64,000 nt of DNA from Antedon mediterranea (Eukaryota > Animalia > Echinodermata): contig NC_092670.1 in NCBI RefSeq assembly GCF_964355755.1, positions 40,970,388 through 41,034,387 on the forward strand. The letters run 5' to 3'. Each line of letters begins with the position of its first letter. Positions within the stretch are counted from its first letter, which is position 1. The translations under genes were made by a program, and so were the position numbers. The notes below the pieces were generated by a model, which was given only the letters and a program-made list of their open reading frames with translations, did no database searches and was not told where the DNA came from. Positions 58,195 through 64,000 of the stretch are shown piece after piece.

Positions 58195-58560
58195 ATGTCA
58201 ATGTTATTGACGCAGTTTACAGGCGCGATGTTATTAGCCAAGTTAAGAAAATAATGGAAGATAACTCACACCCATTGAATGATAAATATGTTGTTAATAA
58301 ATCAGGTAGAATTCGTCCTTTAATGTGCAATACCACTCGATGTAGGAAATCATTTGTCCACAACTCTATTCATGTTTCCAACACAACATTCCAATGATAG
58401 TTTGTTTATTTGTTTACTACTGTATATAGTTTTAATGTATTGTATTGATATTTTTAATGTTTTATATATTGTATGTGTTTTTAAGCATCAAGGAAAACCA
58501 ATTTCATGTTCGCCTTTTTGTGTTCATGACAATAAAGATTTATCTTATCTTATCTTATAT
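58195..58560 (+). mobile_element. Rex1/Babar-type LINE 3' fragment
   Basis: Translates to KKIMEDNSHPL...SGRIRPLMCNTTRCRKSFVHNSI; ends TGACAATAAAGATTT(ATCTT)n. Confidence 0.75.
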
Positions 58561-58681
58561 TGTTGTAGCATCTACAATTATCGGCCTACAATTATCTTCT
58601 CTCCATCTCCATCAACAAAATCGTCCAACCTTTGTTGTTCGGTTCACACCTAGTATTTCCCATGCCATTCCTCCGTGAGAG

Positions 58682-58725
58682 CAGGGAAGAGTTAAATTAC
58701 TTATTATTAATTTAACTCTTCCCTG
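58682..58725. mobile_element. 44-bp palindromic insertion with 7-bp target-site duplication (P-element-like termini)
   Basis: CAGGGAAGAGTTAAATTA-cttattat-TAATTTAACTCTTCCCTG flanked on both sides by GTGAGAG. Confidence 0.7.
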
Positions 58726-59846
58726 GTGAGAGTGACACATTTTTCAAGGCATGCTGGATCAGAGATGTCTTGGTTGTTGGATTTTCTTCATTCTGTGGGG
58801 AATATCAAATATATGCCAATATTGCTTTGATTAATTCCTTTAACATACAAATTCCGTACTTCTACCTATATCGATAAATTTAGCAATATTATTATTGGAG
58901 TAATATACTTGCTGAATGTAGATGCGTTTCCGTTGCACACATGACGTCACAGCAAGTTCACGGCGATATCGAAAATCTGTGAATTGTGTTTTCTACGTTG
59001 TCAAACTATGATAATACCAATAACGTTCTTTAAGTACAGAACTGCAATTATATTTCAATAAACCATGGGGAAAGTGCTGGAAAATGACTATTTAAGCTGG
59101 ACAAATAACAATTGATAGTCTTGTTTATTGTTCACAAGCATAGTTTATTTTTGACTAAATTTGCATTATGTATTTTGTAAAAGTTGTAACTGTCTCTTCA
59201 ATTGAATTTAAATAAGGAAATAGGAACTAAAACATCGCATCAGCGATGATGATACAAACACCCCATACATAACCTTTACCAACTATTGTTGGTAGTTAAT
59301 ACCCTCAGTATTCATACATGTACACCCTATTTATATTTAAATATTGAAATACCAGACATTGTCCCTTACCACAACGCCATATTTTATCAGATATATTTTT
59401 CTAATTCACTAACTAGAGGATGGACCTATTCAAGTGAAGGAAAATTTAACTCTTAGTAAGCTTAGCTGTAGCTCCATAATCAAGGTAAGTAGAAACAATA
59501 AAGGATCACATCGATACAACTCTCCTAGTCCATGATTACTGGCTATGTGAGCCAACAGTGTAGGCCATTGCTAAATATGTCGACAGAATACAGTTATATG
59601 ACTGACTCATTGTATTATGTCGACAGACATTACCAATGTCCCAAACGGCGTCCCTTTTTAAATAGTTTTGTGTCGGAAAATATTTTCCATTACCTTTATG
59701 AATCAAGTCATGATTTATAAGTTTTACATTTTATGAATATTTTTGATTTTGTACTTACAAAAGTTTGTTCTTAAACAACTTGATGTTATTTATCCTAAAT
59801 ACAATTTGTTTACAGATAAATTAAGACAGACGATTGAGGGGACAGC

Positions 59847-61803
59847 ATGGCAACAGGTAATAGAAAAGAAATCGTCATTTTTTTATTGTATTGAGTTTTT
59901 AAAAGACTTTTTCTTATAATTTTCTTATGTTCTTATTACCAGATATAAACTTGGATTTAATGGAAATTTCAAAATGGTATGATGATCGTGGCCTGCTCAG
60001 ACAACTGAAGGTTTTATATGGTGATTTGATTGCAGTAGCAAACATAGACAAAGCACATACAACGTTAGACTTACTGAATGAATTAAGGAATAAGGAACTG
60101 TTAAGTTCAGATAATACTTTACTTTATGAAACAATAAAAGTAACCCAGCAGTTTGGTGTCATCAAACGTCTTAAACAATGTCTTCCCGTTAAAGAAGTTA
60201 AGATTACCAAGTTTACCAGATATCGACTAAACATTGTAGAATTTGGAAATGGACTGACACAAGAGGATGTTGCAAGAATTGATGGACTGTACAATACTCC
60301 TGTAAAGAATTATAAAGATGCTTGGAGTATGATCATGGATTTGGAACATAGACAAATATTGTGTGTATGCAAAATGGAGGAATTTATTAAAAATCTAAGA
60401 AAGCTAGGATTGGAGTTAGCGGTAACATTGCTGACCAAAGGAGGTAAGTTAAAGTCAATCACATTAAAAACTGAATATAATTATTCTAAAAAACTTTTTG
60501 ACTACAAGATTACAATAAAACAAATCTCATAAGCACAAAAACTATTATTGTCAAGAAATTAGCAAGTATTGACAACTTTAGCAGTAAACGTTTCACATAT
60601 GAAAACTGTCAAGCCAGAGAGAGAGAGAGTGTGTCATGAATATGATCATAATTATGATATCCATTTTTTTTATCCAAAACGATATAAATGAATATAATTG
60701 TTTTGTGATGGAAAAACCTTGTCCCGCTCAATATAGATTGAATCAACCATTTGGCTCACTCAAAAGTGTCCCTGTCCCCTGGGTAGGAGTTGACTGTAGT
60801 GTTAAAACATAATATATTTTCCCTCGTTTCGCGACAAGGTGTCCCCTTAATAGGGGTTCTACTGTATTATATTTCTGCAAACACATCAAACATTGATTTT
60901 TAAAAACACTCATGTGTAATTGGTGCATTATTATATCTAAGATATCATTTTTAATTAACATCAACAATGCGCTTTATAAAATAAGATTCGGGTTACGATT
61001 TTCTACTGAACAAGTTAATTAAATTTTTTTTAACATTTTAATTATTTAGTTAATGTTTTTTTTTTTTTTATTTAGAAAAGAAAGAAGAAGATCTGCTTCA
61101 AAAACAAAAGAACAGCCAGGCCAGTAGGCCTACTAGATACAAAGTTGACACTTCGCAGATGGTTACCCATATGGAACAGCGAAAGGTAACTTAAAACAAT
61201 AAAGGCTGCAAACCAACAACTTTAATGTGAGAGATTTTGAAAAAGATGATGGCATATTAAATCTAATTGAGAAGCAACCGGATTTCAGTTTAGGCACAGA
61301 GTCTCGGAAGATAAACATTTATAACGATGAATTTACGGTTTCTTAATCTAAATGTGAAAACATTTTTATACCGCCTCACAAATCATCTAGCGTTACCATA
61401 TACAATTTGTTCAAACCTGACCTCTCTCAATAATATCCGGTTTTTCTAATGTTCCTAAATGATGTGTGTATATTATATAAGGCTATACAGTAAAGAAAGG
61501 ATTACTTTCTGTTTTTTTTTTCAATATTTAAATTAATAGAGTGCAGCTAGCAACATCAGCAATGCAATTGACATCGCCATCCCAGATCTTGATAAAATAT
61601 CGGGATACTATTACGAAAACGAAGCCATGATTGCGTGGTGGAACGACTGGAAAGCAAGAGACCAGAGGGCTCGTATCGAGAAGACGTACATTCATGGAAG
61701 ATTCTCGAGAGAAAGGCGAACCTTATTTTTTCCCAATGGAAGATGGTACTGCTGCTTTACACAGCAAGGTCTGCTCTCAAAGAATCAGCCTTTAGATAGA
61801 TAG
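59847..61803 (+). CDS. Tandem death-effector-domain (DED)-like protein, 4 coding exons (59847-59856, 59943-60443, 61076-61185, 61540-61803)
   Basis: Phase-consistent GT-AG splicing; exon 2 has two death-fold-like helical units (LRQLKVLYGD...TLDLLNELRNKELLSSDNTLLYETI; YRLNIVEFGNGLTQEDV...AWSMIMDLEHRQIL...FIKNLRKLG); stop TAG at 61801-61803. Confidence 0.75.
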
Positions 61804-64000
61804 ATTCCCAGTTGTTAAATAGTACGGTCTATTGAACGACACAATCGTCCGATCAAAATGACAGGAATTTATAACAGACCTAATATTTTAGTAATCAACA
61901 TTTTTGCGATCACATTTTAGGTTTAGTAGTTCATTTGACACAATTAAAACATAATATAATGGCTTATATACAGATACTGAACTGTAATTTTAAAATGATA
62001 CAGATCAAGAGTATCATGGCAATTGAATGTTGAGATAAAACGACATACATGATAATGGTTAAGAGTTAATCATTTGGAATATTATACTTTTTCTTTTGTC
62101 ATATGTGCTAGTTTCTTGTTTTTGATTATGTTTTTATAAATTTATTTTATATAGGCTTTACTTACAGTAATATAAAATGTATTATTACACGACCATGAAT
62201 ATTAGGATCCATTAAATTAGGTTCCTGCTCGGAAAACTGTTTCATTACATGATTTGAATTTCTAATAAAGATCAGAATTTAACAGTGTAGCGTGTTGACC
62301 GCGAATGACTAACAATACTATCTTCCCAATTACACCTGCATAAACTCATTTGCATAAAAACGCACGGCATATTAACATGTTTAAAATAGAGTCTTCAGTA
62401 GCCCCACGATGCTTGGGGCTGAGCAAAGACAATTTTGAAAAATAGAGCTGCAAGGTTCCCGCTCGAAAGATGGCCCTTTACATGATTCGAAATTATATGA
62501 AACAAATTATATAAGACTTACCAAGACAATTTTTAAAAATAGAGCTCGTAGGTCCCCTTAAAGTCCAGCTATTTATTGAAAGTCTCCAGTACTAGCCCAT
62601 TTTTTAGTACTTTTGGCTTCTTTTCAACGGATAGTCTTCTTTTCCACATGGGGCTCTTTTCGAGATTACTTTTGCAAACTAAAGGAGGGGAGCTGCTAGG
62701 TTCCCGCCCGGAAAATTGTTTCTTTACATAATTTAAATTTCTAATAAAAATATGTCTATTTATGAAGTAATGATGAATTACTAATACACGTATAAACAGA
62801 CTATTATCATGGTTATTCATGGGTTCTTTTCGAGATTACTAAAAATCTAAGGGGTTAGATCTTCAGTTATATAACCAAATGACAATGGTGAAGTGATCAT
62901 GGCGGGAGTTCAAAAGAGCGATAGTTGCTAATGTAAATCGGCAATAATTATGTTTACTCATTAATCTACAAAAAAGATTAGAAAGAGACTTTGTACTAGG
63001 GCAAAACATGCAAACACATTGATGATTAGCAATAACCCCAAATCAGCGACGAAACGAATACTAGGCCTATTGTTTAATGAATATCATTTCATATTTTTCA
63101 CCCTTCACGAAACTCTAAAAGAAATTGAAGAAAACAGGTGAATTTACTGAAAAATAGTAAGTTTATATTTATTTTTAGAATGTATAAATTGTAAAATATA
63201 TTACGTGGTTAGTACATGGTCGTTCATATTTGTTTGTATATGAAAAAGGTCATATACATGGCTGCAGTCGCGTGCGCAAATTTAAGTTAGTGTTTACCGA
63301 CAGACCGACCGACATAGTGAGCTTTAGAGAGTAAAAATGTTGTAATTCTATAGTGTATATTGTCCATATATCCGGTAATTTAATAAACTTAATGCAGTTT
63401 CTTTGTAAAATTTAAGAAGAGTGTTAATGTTGTTTCGTAACCATCCCTTTAAAATTACATTAGTGCCAAAAGGAGCGTCATATATGTAATATTGATTTTC
63501 TAAAGTTTGTTGGTCACCAGCAACTCGTAAAAAGCAATGACAAATTGTATGCCCATTTTAAGAGTCACACTTTCTTAGTCTGTAATCTGATATTTATAAA
63601 TCTCTAAGGTCTAATGCATTGATAAACACAGTGAGCAAGCACTATTGAAAAAGTGCTAATTTCAGCAATCCAGCAGCACCATTATTTGGAAACTTTACTC
63701 ACATTTAGCTTCACCAGAGATATTATATTACTATTATTATTATAAATATTATTATTATTATTATTTAATAGTTGTCCCAGGCTTCATAATATACCAAAAA
63801 AAAACCAATTACATGATTTTGAAAGATTACGATGTTGATGGTTGGTTGGTAGAATATTATTATCTGTTCGTCTTTTCTGACTTGCTGTATTTAAATTAAT
63901 AGAATGGATCCAGCAATAATTATTGATCAAGCAATAAAAGCAGCCATCGCAGTAGCATATAAGATTCTTGATGACATAACGGATTACCATCACGAAGATG

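Overview
AT-rich eukaryotic genomic DNA, probably an invertebrate deuterostome such as an echinoderm (inferred from Deu-domain SINEs, the GPCR type and the tandem-DED gene). It is not prokaryotic, and there are no CRISPR arrays, rRNA or genuine tRNA genes. The window is dominated by a minus-strand UBR3-type E3 ligase gene. I traced 32 phase-consistent coding exons (about 1,719 codons) from ~52901 down to 83, and the gene runs off the left edge. One of its introns (44033-45930) is a U12-type AT-AC intron almost filled by a 73-bp minisatellite. Two intronless plus-strand genes are nested antisense in UBR3 introns: a RING-less TRIM-like protein (B-box, coiled coil, two filamin repeats, Tyr-motif-rich N-terminus) and a divergent class A GPCR. 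A 4-exon tandem-DED gene with an unrecognised C-terminal module lies at 59.8-61.8 kb. The rest is a dense repeat landscape: a near-intact L2/CR1-group LINE ORF2, LINE fragments, a Deu-domain SINE, several MITE families, a Helentron-like element, tiny elements with 7-bp target duplications and many minisatellites. All family assignments come from motif recognition by eye; no database searches were run.
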